Shown here piece after piece: positions 50,989 to 63,352 of a stretch of DNA of 64,000 nucleotides. The position numbers were made by a program, and so were the translations under genes. Each line of letters begins with the position of its first letter. Within the stretch, counting starts at the first letter, position 1. Source of the DNA: Cirrosporium novae-zelandiae (taxonomy: Eukaryota); assembly GCA_026023565.1 (NCBI GenBank), contig JAPETS010000010.1, forward strand, positions 744,001 through 808,000. Direction: 5' to 3'. Under the pieces are notes generated by a model, which saw only the letters and a program-made list of their open reading frames with translations, was not told the origin of the DNA and did no database searches.

Positions 50989-53900
50989 TCAAAGGTATTT
51001 CCGCAACTACATTTCTCGTTAGTATATCTGCACCCAAAACCCAAGAATCAAAACCTACATCCAAAGTAATACACCGACTAGACCCCGCAACCTGATCTCG
51101 AAACACCCCCACCAGCCCCTCACTCCTCTCAAACAATCTCATCTTCAAACTAATAACCACGAACTGCATCCCAGGGCCCCCATGGCTGCGGATGTAGTTT
51201 GCAACGCGTTCGACGTTGACGTTGTCGAGGGCGGCGTCGACTTCGTCGAGGACGAAAAAAGGGGAAGGTTGGTAGGAGTGTACGGCGAAGAGGAGGGCGA
51301 GGGCTGCGATTGTTTTTTCTCCGCCGGAGAGGTGCTCCATGTCTCGGAAACGTTTTAGGGGGGGCATGGCGTGGTATTTTATTCCGGCGAGGTAGGGAGC
51401 GTCGGAATCTTCGATGTCGAGGTAGCTGCGGGTTTAGGGGGTGTTAGTGGGGGGGTGTTTGGATGGTTTTTTAGTGGGGGGAATGGGGTGGGCGTACGCT
51501 TGTCCTCCTAAGGGTACATCGGTGCTCATTGTTAGGTCTCTGTATATGTTGCCAATCTGGTCGCTGATGTGTGTAAAGGCTTTATTGAAAAGTTCGAAAC
51601 GGCGTTCCTTGACGGCTTGGAACTCGTCACGGCTCTTCTTTGCGGCTCGTCGGGCGTCTTCGAATTCCTTCTCCACGGTACGGAGACGGGATTCGACACC
51701 CTCGAGACGTTCTACAGCGCGCATATTGGGGGATAGCTTCTCAAGGTCCGCGTTCAAGGTTGAGATTTTCTCTTGAAGTTCTTCGTCGACTTTTTCTTCG
51801 CCGCTCTGTTTTGAAAGATGTTAGTGTTAGACATGTTAGGGGTTTCTATGGAAAGGAGATGTACTTCTTTGAGATTGTCTTCGAGATCCTCAAAATCAAC
51901 TTCGATGCCGTAGTCTGATATTGCTTGGGTTTGGAAGGTGGTTGTATCGGGCTCATCTATATCCATAGCGTCTGGGTCATCACCTTGCACTACATCAATG
52001 GGTAGTTGATCAAGGCTAGCCGAATCGTCCGTCAAGGGGATGGAAATGTCTTCAAGCTTGCAACGCCGCAAAATTGTATATCTATTTGAGGCAGTACGCT
52101 GGATCTCTGCCTCGAGACCAGCAATAGCTTTCAAGGTACCATCAACATTTTTACTTCGTTTTTGTACCTCTCGACGTTGCGCGGCCACATGCTCTGCCCT
52201 ATCTGCGTACTTTGTCTGTTGCTCCTCGAGTTCTTCTTTTAGTTGTTCCAGCTCAGCGTTAAGCACATCAAGTTCATTGGCCAAAACTTCCTTTTCTTGC
52301 TCGAGTTGTTCGATTAAGGCTTCATCTCGTTCAATCTGAGCTTCGATTGAAGAGATGCGGTTCTCTGTGGCTTGCAGTCTCTCTGTTTCGAAATTTAGTT
52401 GATGCTGCAGTTTACTCTTCTGCGTGGTGAATTCGAGTTTTTTCTGCGACGCTTCTTGTTGTAGGGAACCTTGCTGGACTTCGTACTCCCGGATATTGTG
52501 ATATCCTAGACGTTGGCAGAAGTTGGCGAAAACTTCATCCTCGACATTATCAATAGAGCTCTGAATTTCTTGAATCGACTCCTTCAACTGATTTAATGAC
52601 CTTTGCTTCTCATTGTATTTGGGCCTCACTTCTTGTAGCTGTCTCTGTGCAAAGTCAAGCTCCCTAGTTTTGCTCTCAAGATTTCTCTCGAATGCCTGAG
52701 TTTCTTCACGAGCATAAGCAAGGCGCTGATCCAGTCCGGTCAATTCGCCCTGTAGAGTTTCTTCTTCTGTCCCTCGGCGATGTCCTTTGGGCATCCTAGC
52801 TAGTTCAGCTAGGTAATTATCTTTCATCTTCTGAAGAGCCGCAATTTCTGGTTCATCCCATCTCCTTGCGTTTTGCTGTCCAGGTCCGCGACCACCGGTC
52901 ATTAAGCCACCTTTGTGGATTACAGTTCCATCGAGTGTTACTGCTTTTGCTTCCACTCCTTTTTCGTAACATACATACTTGGCAACATCAAGGTCATCGC
53001 AAACAATCGAATTCCCACATGCATAGGACATTGCGCGTTCATAAGCACTATCATAATCGATTGTATCAATAGCCATTCGCATTCCACGGTGCATGCCTTT
53101 CAAGTTGGAATTGATAGCCTTGGTTTGGATGGTCTCTAGTGGGATGAAAGTTGCTTGACCGGCTCTTTGATCGCGGAGATGTTGAATACAGTCCTTGGCA
53201 GTCTTTTCATTATCCACCACTATAGCATCGATATTGCGTCCAAGGACGACGCTTACTGCTTCGCTATACTTCTTCTGTCTGGGTTTACAGAGTTCGCTGA
53301 CGCGACCCTTGACTCCAGGAAAGATCCGCTTCAAAGTCGCAATGGTTTCTCTAATACGAATCTCCCTTTCACTCTGTCGCTTTCCATCATCTGCTTCCAC
53401 GAGTTTCTTAAGAACTTCTTGAAGTTTTTCTTCTAGCTCGGTTCGTTTTTGAGAGGAGTTTAGTCGTTCGGATGTCAGACGGTTGAATTCTTTCTTTTTG
53501 GAATCGATCTCCCTAGAGGTGGACCTGATGGTCTCATCGACCGCAGTTTTGCGTTCCCTAATTTTATCTATTTCTGCTTGCAAAGTTTGAACCTGCCACT
53601 GGTTTGAATCAACCCTGCTCTTCAAGCTATTCACTGTTTCTTCGTCGGCTTTTGCTTGACGGCGCAAATTATCAACTCGGATTCGGTTCTCAGCAGAACG
53701 CCTGTTAACCTCCTCCTTTAGATGATTATATTCTTGAAGATCTGCTTCGCTCAGCTGACGGCCTTCGGATTCAGAAGCCCTTCGCCACTCAGCTTCCCAG
53801 GTGGCTTGTGCTCTCTCCACGGTTCTGAGATCCTTGGATAGTGATTTGATGGTACTTGACTGAGAATCCCGTTCTTTAGAGATTTCTGTGATTCGTCCCC

Positions 53901-54979
53901 TTAGCTTCTGCAGTTTTCTGTTCGAGATATCAATCTTTTCGTCAATAGGAATAAGAGCATTTTCTTTCTCTTCAATCTCATTTTCTTTGCCTTTGATCCC
54001 CCTGTCGATTCTGCTAACCTCTCGGCCTACTTGAGCTTGCTCTTTCTTTGCCTTTTCAAGGCTCCTCTCGAACTTTTCAACTGAACGCCGATATTCCTTC
54101 AACTCGTCCTGATGCTTCTGGATTTCTTTTGTAGACTCATCGATAGTGCGCTGAAAGTGAAAGAGCTTCCATAGAATATGGGTGACTATGGCTTGATCAC
54201 GCTCATCGGCTTTTCTAGCATAACTTTCGGCTTCCCGCTTCTGCTCCTGGTACTGCTTGATTTCAGAATTGATAGCACGTCGGCGATTGAGGTGATGAGC
54301 TTGGTTTTCGGCTGCCTCTTCAGCTTGTCCGCTCAGTTTCTCGTATTCTGCCTTGAATTCCAGACTGCCAGATATCTGCTCAATCAATCTGGTAAGATCT
54401 TTAGGGGACTGAGATGCTATTGCTTCCACGTCCCCTTGGAAAACGAGAAAATTTCGGGCTTTGATAAGGATGTTCTCCGCCTCCAATGCTTCATTATATT
54501 GCGCCGCGGTAACTTGGCGATTGTTGATACGATATTCACTTGTGCCCTGGTTCGAAATGGTACGTTTCCACTCTTGTTCATCGCCAGCGTCATCTTCATA
54601 GACAGCCATAACCCAAGCGGTTTTTGGGTCCTGGCTTTCTCCCTCCTGGGTGGAGGCTTGGCCATTCGCCTGCTTCTCCGTCGTAGACCCATCTTCATTA
54701 ACAGTAGCAGTCTTTAAAACACGGCCGCGGTATATGAGGTCGCGAAGATGGGATGAACGTAAATGCGACGATTTAATGCCGAGAACAAAGGAGATGGCGT
54801 CCATAGAATTGGATTTACCGGAGCCATTTGGGCCAATGATGGACGTGAAATATGAATCGCCGAAGAGGAGAGTATGATGACCTTTGTATGATTTGAAATC
54901 TGATAACCATTAGCATGCCATGGCCAAAGTGGTTGCTGAGGTTCATACTGAAGAGTTCGAGGCGAATTAATTTCCCCAT
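50989..54979 (-). CDS. SMC1: Cohesin subunit Smc1
   Basis: MGKLIRLELF/NFKSYKG, Walker A GPNGSGKSN, KARNFLVFQGDVE, hinge GGLMTGG, LSGGEKT, PSPFFVLDEVDAALD; last exon LRKYL* ends at 50989. Confidence 0.97.
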
Positions 54980-55130
54980 GATGGCAGTATATGAAAAAAG
55001 GGCTATGAGGTCAAAGTCGCATAGAAGTATCACCTCCTGGAGAGATCTCCAACAGCTATACCACCTAATCTGGAACGATGAATGTGTTTGACAGATTAAG
55101 TACGTTATCAGCGATGACAACGTAAAGGGT

Positions 55131-55155
55131 CGCGTTTTGAATTTCTGGAGCGCGT
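55131..55155 (-). promoter_or_regulatory. Paired MCB-like (ACGCG) sites upstream of SMC1
   Basis: CGCGT at 55131-55135 and 55151-55155, 20 bp apart, about 150-175 bp upstream of the ATG. Confidence 0.5.
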
Positions 55156-56028
55156 CGAGGTCGGAACTTGTTAGGTTCACCCGACAAGCCGGTCAAGTCA
55201 TGCCGAGAGTATATAAAATGCTTATGTCCGATAGACTACTGCATTTTAGCTGGGAGATATTCAAAAGCCATCTTTATCAATTGCAGATTTACTTGGAGAT
55301 TTGTCTAACTGGGGGTTTTGATATTCTTTTCTATCAATGTACATAATACTGGATTTAAATTACTACTGTATACATAATTTAGTAGATGTTGTTGATGTTG
55401 TCGAGTGCTGAGTATCGGCATAAATCCATATAAGCTAGTGTCCGTAGTTGTGCAGGGTTATACCATCTAATCTGGTATAGCATAAGTACAATTGCATCAT
55501 AGCATCGTCCAACGCAAGAAACCTCTGGCAGGCATGCCAGGTCACCACCAGTGAGGGGGACAACCAATGAACAACTCCATCTTAAACACGATCCCCCTTA
55601 AACACGAAAATTGTTCCAAAATCTACTGCTAGCACTACACCCATCAACAACCCCTCCTCAATTTGCTTGAAGAGTTCATCCAGTTGGATTTCGAATATCC
55701 TCGACATCTCCCCCTCACAACTGGAACGACTGGTCATTTGGTCTCTATTCGGGATCATCTTGAGCAACTAATCTTGTCTTTATCTGATGACCTCTATCGA
55801 TTACATTTGATATTTAACTGGGAAGGTTATATAAAGTTGTATGTAAGTGACCCATTTTTAATATTACCCCTCTTCAACTACTTATTCGAATTCACTTGCA
55901 TTTCCCTTCTCTTTCCAAAGCATTTGCTGACGATTCGATTCTAAATGTCAGTACAAGCTTTGCAGCGTTTTAGCGCGCGTGCTAATTTTGTTACTATCTA
56001 TCATTTTGAGCTCCAGGCCTCTACCAAC

Positions 56029-57658
56029 ATGCCTGATCCAGTCTTGATACCGAAGAGCAAGTCCGATAGCGTGCTTGAGGAGAGCACTGCTGAAACGGTC
56101 CCAAGCATGTCTACGGAATCAAATATATCTTCGAGTGCCGAAACTCCTCCTTTCAGTCCAAAGACACCTCTTCTCTCCGGCACTTCTTCGACTCCGCCCC
56201 CGCTATCTCGAAATTCTTCTTTTACAGCAGGCAGCTCATACCATGATGACTGGGATGCCTTTCCGCCCCTAGATAAACTAACAATCTTCGATTTGTTGGA
56301 GAATATCGCACTTCCCCAACGGCTAGAAAAATGGCAAAATGCAATCTCTGCCCAGAAGGAGAAGTTTGAACGATCTACTGAGAAGCTCAAAACAAGGAGT
56401 GTGAAAACGAAAGACAGAATGGTAGAAGAGTGGAGAAGACGCATACCAGCAGATGAGCAACTAGACAAATACAGGAAACGCATGAAAGTATCAGTGGATC
56501 GCGTTGGCCGGAGATGGAATGATGCGAAGATTGTTACCGTCCGAGAGAAGCTCTCCTTCATTGCCAGTGTTCTCAATATCCTCGTCAGCGGATATCTGAT
56601 TGGGGCGTATCCCCAGTACTTCTACTATTGGTTTACGGCACAACTGCTCTATTACATGCCGATTCGATATTATACATATCACAAAAAGGGATACCACTAC
56701 TTTCTCGCCGACTTGTGTTACTTCGTCAATGTCCTGACATTATTAAGTGTATGGGTATTCCCTCGATCAAAGAGACTATTTATAAGCTCTTATTGTCTGG
56801 CATATGGAAACAATGCTGTTGCTATAGCTATGTGGCGGAATTCTATGGTATTTCATTCTATGGACAAGATGGTTAGGTATGTGAATCATATGCCCGCTTC
56901 TTTCCGCGAACAGCCACTAATAATTCATAAGCCTTTTTATTCATATAATGCCACCAGTGACTCTCCATTGTCTGGTTCATCTCACCCCCCCTGAAGTCCA
57001 GATGGTCCGCTTTCCTGCAATTTACTCAATCCGGTTTAGCAAGCCTGGTGATCCAATCCACTACACACTGCCGTCAATGATAGTCTGGGCGTCTGTACCT
57101 TATGCAATATGGCAACTAACGTATCACCTTCTCATCACCGTTCGCCGACGTGAGAAAATTGCTGCTGGAAGACCCACATCTTTTACCTGGCTACGAAAAT
57201 CATATGCGAAAACCTGGATCGGTCGCAGTGTCTTAGCCCTTCCCAATAGCCTTCAGGAACCTTACTTTATGCTAATCCAATATTGCTACGCATTGCTCAC
57301 GATGCTCCCCTGCTCACTATGGTTCTGGTCCAAACATGCGAGTGCAGCATTCCTGTTGGTGGTGCTCATCTGGAGCGTTTACAATGGCGCGACATTTTAC
57401 CTCGACGTATTCGGGAAGCAATTCCAGAAAGAACTGGAGCAGCTGAGGAGAGACGTCGCAAAATGGCAGAATAGTCCTGATGGAGGCGTAAGCCCGCCAT
57501 TCTTATCTACAGAAATTGATAAGTCGCAAGGACATCGGCAGAAAATGAGTGTGGACTGTATTCCCTTACTAGATGCCAAACCGGAACCGAGCACTACGAG
57601 CGCGGAGACCCAACCAGAAGGGAAAGACGCCACCAATTTAGTGTCAAAAGAGGAGTAA
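56029..57658 (+). CDS. GPC1: Glycerophosphocholine acyltransferase Gpc1 (DUF2838 family)
   Basis: KGYHYFLADLCYFVN, WRNSMVFHSMDK, (spliced) SLFIHIMPP, GRPTSFTWL, NGATFYLDVFG; intron 56877-56931. Confidence 0.88.
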
Positions 57659-58860
57659 AAATAGTCATGATAAAAGTGAATGCTTATTTCTTGCACCACT
57701 TTAACATGATGCTCGAATATGACGGCCCCACAAAGTCAATGATCACGACCGATTTTTCATTTAACTGTTGATAACTTCGATACCCATGACTTTTAAAGGA
57801 GTTTCCGGTATATGTTTAATGATTTTAAGTTAAGACAAGGAGACTCGAGGGGATATTTTTATGAATATAGAAGCAAATGAAATTGCACAGAAGAAACCCC
57901 ATTTCCTTTTGGATAGTTTCAAGACGCGTTAAATTTTCGCCGATGGAATTTTTATTATACAAGGATAAGAAAGAACAAGGCACTCCATAGCTCTATATGT
58001 GCTGATATCGACTAGAACAGAATGTTATGCCCATCCGCCCCTCAAAATTCTCAAGCGGTCTTGGGCTCTAGATTGAATTAATTTGGCACGTGGCACGTGT
58101 TGTGATACCAAGTTACAAAACTGACAAGCGACAAATTCTAACCTTCTTAAACACACCGCTATCCATCCGTGTGTCTATATCAATTATCTACACAAGTTCT
58201 ATGAGTATGTAGAATTATAACCATTCAAAGGTATATGCATTGGCATTTTTCTGACGCGGTTTCTGTAAGGCTATAACACCCACTGCCTACTAATTTTAAC
58301 CAGTGATTAATACTAGCTGAACATTGTCCTAATGCTTTCTCGCCTTGGCAAAAATAACAAGAATGAATCGGAATTAAATTCATCGGCCTGTCTGATGAAA
58401 ATTCAATTGGTTTCGAATGCAGAAAGCATGCGAGTACATTGGCTTAATTTCATCATACCCTGACCCATTCATGATGCCTTATCTTATCTCCCCGTGACCT
58501 TAATGTAATCTAAGCGAGATGGAAGATATATTACTTGCATTAATACTTTGGCCAAAGTTACACCAAAAATCTACATAATTAAAAAATTTTAACCACACAA
58601 CGAAATAATCTACAATTACTCTTTTAACAGTAGAATATTGTAAGTTAATTTACCTCGTTATAGCTTGTAAGTAGTACATAATTCAATCATAGAATTATAA
58701 AAAAGTATTTTACTAGGAATTTTGGTGAGAACTCGGTTAAAACTGAGGTTCCTTTCATTTTGCGGCATCCAAAGTAGTACAATTAACAAAAATCTCCCAA
58801 AATCCTTCCTCCACCTTATGATTCGTATTTATATAGACTGGATAGACCTTGGACAATCAA

Positions 58861-58914
58861 GGTCTGGTCCGTCTACGGCAGACCGTCTATTCGGTCCAGG
58901 CTATTCCTTTCCCG
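58861..58914 (+). mobile_element. Degenerate right end of the 62228-62371 MITE family
   Basis: cagaccgtctattcggtccaggctattcctttcccg aligns to the MITE end cagaccgtctatttggtctggtccattcccttcactg; preceded by ggtctggtccgtctac. Confidence 0.65.
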
Positions 58915-58972
58915 AGAACAGATCTCTTTACGCGCAACTTTGCGCTGATTACCAACTACGTCAACAATCAAC

Positions 58973-60925
58973 ATGACGACCTTCTACCCTAACTGTACGA
59001 TTCCGCCTCACACCGTCAATTATGTTTCTGCGCCGAATACACGAGGCACTTTACAGATTTTATGGAGCTGTCTTAGTGTTTTACTGTTGTTTTCATGGAC
59101 GGCACAGCATCTTAACGTGCCATTACAGTCAACACCCCAGAACTGGAAGCAGAAGCTGAGACGGAGGATATGGAGATTTCATATAAAGATAAAATGGATG
59201 ATTATTACACTTATAGCTCCTGAGTTTATAGCTTTCAAAGCTGCCAGCGATTTCATTTCTGCAAGAAAACTAAAGGCCAATTACAAAGACTTCGCAGCAC
59301 AGGACAGTGTCAGCTGGAGTATTTCCCATACTTTCTTAGCCAACATGGGAGGATTTGCCGTCCAGTTTATTGATGATAGCAACGAGCCAAGGAAATATAG
59401 CTTGGATCCAGAGGAAGGTGGAATGAACCCAGATAAGACCAGAGACCGAGAGCAGATAGATGAAAATCAAGAGGGCCGAGGACCGGATAGTATTCATCAA
59501 GAAAATGCAAGCAGCAGTACTAGAAGCATAAATTCTCGAACATTACCTGCAGGTGGCCAAAAGGAGCTTTCGAGTGAGCCAAAAATCGCCCAGCCAGTTA
59601 ATAGTAAGATCAAAGATGTGGAGCCTACAACTACTAGAGGTCCATCATCGTATGCGGATGCGTTTGAGGATGACTATCATGATAATGAACCACAAGGCGC
59701 CTCCAACAGGAGGCCTTTTACTCTATGGATGAATCGTCGCACGATTCTCCCGAGCAATGATCACTCCGATTCCAATATTCCTCTCGAGGACATGATTTCT
59801 CCACTCCCAGAAGCTCCTAATCCGAGTCCATATCGCCTAAATGATGCACTAACTGCTCAAATCCAAAAAAATATCCAAGAGGTCAGTGACGATCCTGGTT
59901 GGGATCGAAATGCTTGTTTCCAAGCAAATACCAGAGATGCCAAGGCCATTGGGGAAATAAATTGGCGTATGGACGCTGAGAATACAAGATTAACTGACTG
60001 TGTTTTGCGCGAAATCAAACTTGGGCATTTCTCTGACCAGGACGAAAGGGAGATTATTATTAACTTCCGAAGTTGGTATCGAAACTTGATAGTCCTTCAA
60101 GGGAATATTTGGGTCTTAGATGCGAGTCAGCTCTTGTTTGCTCGCAAAAGAGGGATTATCGAAACCCTTCCTGCGATCTCTGAAGATGAACTTGACGATC
60201 GTACTAAAAGCAATTTTCTAGCCAAAGGGTTAGCTATTTGCCAAGCGATGTGGCTCACTGTACAAATTATACTACGTAGTATCAATGACCACGAAACATC
60301 ACAGCTTGAATATTTCACCATCGGTTTTGCGTCCTATACTTTTCTGATATATGGGAGTTTTTGGAACAAGCCACAAGGTATTACAATGCCAATATATATC
60401 AATGCAAGCCGGCGCCCTACCATAACAGAACTTGCCCACCTGGCAATGAAAGGGCCTATTGGCTTTTACAACTCTTTTAATCCACCGAGACATTGGATCC
60501 CAAACCTTGCATTCCATCGCAGAGTATCCAAAGATGATGTTATAAGAACCTCACCAAAATTATTCATACTAGGAGCTTTTTATGTAGCTGCTGTATTCGC
60601 ATACGAGTTCGGCTTTAGTTGGGTGTTTCAATTCCCTACTCTAATGGAAAAATTACTCTGGAGAATCTCTTATGTGATATCTATTAGTGTTCCAATTATC
60701 ATTGGCTTAACTTTAGGATTTCGAAAGCGAACTAAGTCCCCTAAACGGTACGCAAGTCTCAGTAAGACATCTAGAGTTAGCATCGGGATATTTACAAAGC
60801 TGGGGTTGGGGATCTATATCTTAGCACGCCTTTACATCACTGTTGAGATCTTTCGTACTTTCTGTTACCTGCCCCCAGACGCCTTTCGCACCACTTGGGC
60901 TTCCAGTATCCCTCATATAGGCTGA
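58973..60925 (+). CDS. Fungal multi-pass membrane protein of unknown function (650 aa)
   Basis: Motifs RGTLQILWSCL, HLNVP, APEF, HTFLANMGGF, DRTKSNFLAKGL, SQLE, WNKPQ, FPTLMEKLLWR and YLPPDAFRTTW, recalling a common unnamed ascomycete family; intronless. Confidence 0.85.
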   Translation: MTTFYPNCTIPPHTVNYVSAPNTRGTLQILWSCLSVLLLFSWTAQHLNVPLQSTPQNWKQKLRRRIWRFHIKIKWMIITLIAPEFIAFKAASDFISARKLKANYKDFAAQDSVSWSISHTFLANMGGFAVQFIDDSNEPRKYSLDPEEGGMNPDKTRDREQIDENQEGRGPDSIHQENASSSTRSINSRTLPAGGQKELSSEPKIAQPVNSKIKDVEPTTTRGPSSYADAFEDDYHDNEPQGASNRRPFTLWMNRRTILPSNDHSDSNIPLEDMISPLPEAPNPSPYRLNDALTAQIQKNIQEVSDDPGWDRNACFQANTRDAKAIGEINWRMDAENTRLTDCVLREIKLGHFSDQDEREIIINFRSWYRNLIVLQGNIWVLDASQLLFARKRGIIETLPAISEDELDDRTKSNFLAKGLAICQAMWLTVQIILRSINDHETSQLEYFTIGFASYTFLIYGSFWNKPQGITMPIYINASRRPTITELAHLAMKGPIGFYNSFNPPRHWIPNLAFHRRVSKDDVIRTSPKLFILGAFYVAAVFAYEFGFSWVFQFPTLMEKLLWRISYVISISVPIIIGLTLGFRKRTKSPKRYASLSKTSRVSIGIFTKLGLGIYILARLYITVEIFRTFCYLPPDAFRTTWASSIPHIG

Positions 60926-62227
60926 CGACAGCGCGACGTCTTTTCAAAAAGCCGTACAATAGCACCTGATTAAGCGATTTGTCACTGCCTCTACCGACAG
61001 GCCCCGAGCGTGGAAGCGCACATCGGTGGCTCCAGAGGATGCTGTGAAAATGTTATGAAACAAACATGAATTTTTTTGGGGTTTTTTTTTTTTTTGGATT
61101 TTCGGGCTTTTGAATCTTCTAGTCTATATCCTGTATTTTATTACCTACCTACCTAGTACCAAAAACTTCCTGAAACCAAATTCGTCGTGAGATATTTTAA
61201 GCGACTACATACCATATATTACATACTATGATAGATGTAAGGTCGAACCCCTACTTAATCTACAATCCCTGTATCTCTCACTCACTCTACTCCCCAACAT
61301 ATACATATACACGTTCCATAGTCCTTGAAAAACTGGACTAGCCCATCCATCGTCTTTGGATTTGTTTTTTGCGGTCACGTCGTATCTGGGATATGTGCGA
61401 GTGAGTGATTGCTCTTGATTTGGTTTAGTTGGTTGGTGTATGTGTGCGTGGGTATGGAGTAGATGTACTTGAGAAATGAATAAATGAATGCTTGTTTTCA
61501 TAAGGGGGTAATTATAGTGGAACGGGTTTTCCTTAGATCCTTGTTGCTAGGAGTCCTTCGCTTCCCTGACTGGCTGGGCAGCCCTAGCTGGTAGGTATAG
61601 TGTGGATGTACGATGATGAATATTTAGGATAGAAAGGGGAGGGGGGGGAGGGAGGTAATTTATCCGTGGGCTATGAGTATAGATCAGGCTGACAAGGGAC
61701 CTCAGGGAAGGGAAGAGAAGGGAAGGGGAATATAGACTACTTGTAGACTTGTAGGCTTGACCAGACCAACCTCCTTTGGGTCTCATCACTCTCATCGGCC
61801 TACTCGAATATAGACAGAGAGAGGCTTGGGCTGGTCAATATACATATACCAAGTACTGGGTAGACCATCAGATCCATAACATTAATACAACAAAAATTCA
61901 ATCCCTCGATCCTTCAACTAACAAGTAACAAGTAACAAGTAACAATCACACAAAACCAAAAACCAAAACCCTAGCCAGCCGGAAGCCACTTTGCAGTGAT
62001 TTCCCCCCCGCCTCCCCTCCCCTTACTTACCCCACCCAATCAGCATTCCAGCTATTAAATTATCTAAAAGGTGACTGACTAATTTGTAAGTTTCTGAGTA
62101 ACTTGGTATTACATATGTATATGTATATGGAGCATGGAGCATGGTGTGGTGTGGGACTCAACAGCCGCTTACGATATAACATAAAAAAATTCCCATATAA
62201 ACAGAAAAAAAAGAACTTGGTCTTAAG

Positions 62228-62371
62228 CAGTGAAGGGAATGGACCAGACCGACCAGACTAAGGGGTTCGGTCTGGTCGGTCTACAGACGGAGGGGCTCGG
62301 TCTGGTCGGTCTGGTCGGTCTGATCGGTCGGGATCAGACCGTCTATTTGGTCTGGTCCATTCCCTTCACTG
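62228..62371. mobile_element. Intact non-autonomous hAT-type MITE (144 bp)
   Basis: Perfect 23-bp TIR CAGTGAAGGGAATGGACCAGACC (62228-62250 / 62349-62371); 8-bp TSD GTCTTAAG (62220-62227, 62372-62379); internal CGGTCTGGT repeats. Confidence 0.93.
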
Positions 62372-63249
62372 GTCTTAAGATTCAGGGACTAGGGGGGGGT
62401 GAGGCGGGAGGCGAGTGAGAAAGAGAAATGGTATACAAGTAAGCAAGTACAAAAAGCCTAGGTACTGAAGAAGTTTTTCTTTTTCTTTTTCTTTTTGTGA
62501 GGGAGGGGTTTGTGAGTTTATGAGAGAAAGGGATAGAAGTGTAGAGGAAGAAGTTCTTGTGGAGCTCTGGAGTGGGACTTGGAGCTGGAGTACGCGTGAT
62601 ATGGCATAGTGCATGGTGCATAGTGATAGGAAGGTGAAGGTGGAAGTATTACTTGATATTGTTTTCTGAGGGTGGGGTTGTGAGTTGTGAGGGTGATGGA
62701 TATATTTTGTTCTTTATACTTGGTGAGTGAGTGAGGTAAGTGCTTTTAATGGGGGGGGGTTTGATATAGATAATAGATACAATACCTACCTACCCAAATA
62801 TTCAAGGACACAAGGCGGTTACAGTACAGTACTTACAGCATTCAATAGCACAACAACCCGTAGTCCACCTACTATAAAAACAACTAACCAAAATCAACAA
62901 ACAGGGTCATCTTACACATCTTCCCATTAAGAAAGAGCATACCACCAATAAATAAATAACATTCACCACCATTACTTTTTCTCTCTGGGGTACAAGGTAC
63001 ACTGGTATAAGTACAGTAGTGGTATAATTATAAACAAAACCATCAACATTAATTACTTTTAAAGTATAGATAAGGTGATATTAATCAGTTGTATAATTAC
63101 TCCTAATTACAACTTTACGGCCAACCAACCCTAAAATCACGTAATTGAAAAATAAAATAAAATATTATGAATCGAGGTGTAAATTTTTTTTTTTTTCCCT
63201 CGTGTTTTCGTGCAGCCTATTATTATATAACTATGTTATGATATTGTGT

Positions 63250-63352
63250 GACCGACAGGTCTATAGACCGATTAGACGGAGCCTCTCCATCCGTAGCCTA
63301 ACTTCCTCCGTCTGTAGACTGACCCTCTTCGTCTGGTCTATTTCCTTCCCTG
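63250..63352 (-). mobile_element. Degenerate inverted copy of the same MITE family
   Basis: The reverse complement reads cagggaaggaaatagaccagacg...gtctacagacggagg, matching the left TIR and the internal gtctacagacggagg of the intact element. Confidence 0.75.

Noticed and set aside
55663..55944. 93-aa ORF upstream of GPC1
   Set aside because: Non-ATG start, no domain; it more likely represents GPC1 5'UTR or intron sequence.
61702..61770. cagggaagggaa...gaccagacc, a possible fourth MITE end
   Set aside because: The match is short and lies in purine-rich low-complexity DNA; no partner TIR or TSD was found.
62228..62371. Repeats resembling a CRISPR array; 62-aa ORF 62230-62418
   Set aside because: Eukaryotic context with no spacers; TIR plus TSD identify a MITE, and the ORF is incidental.
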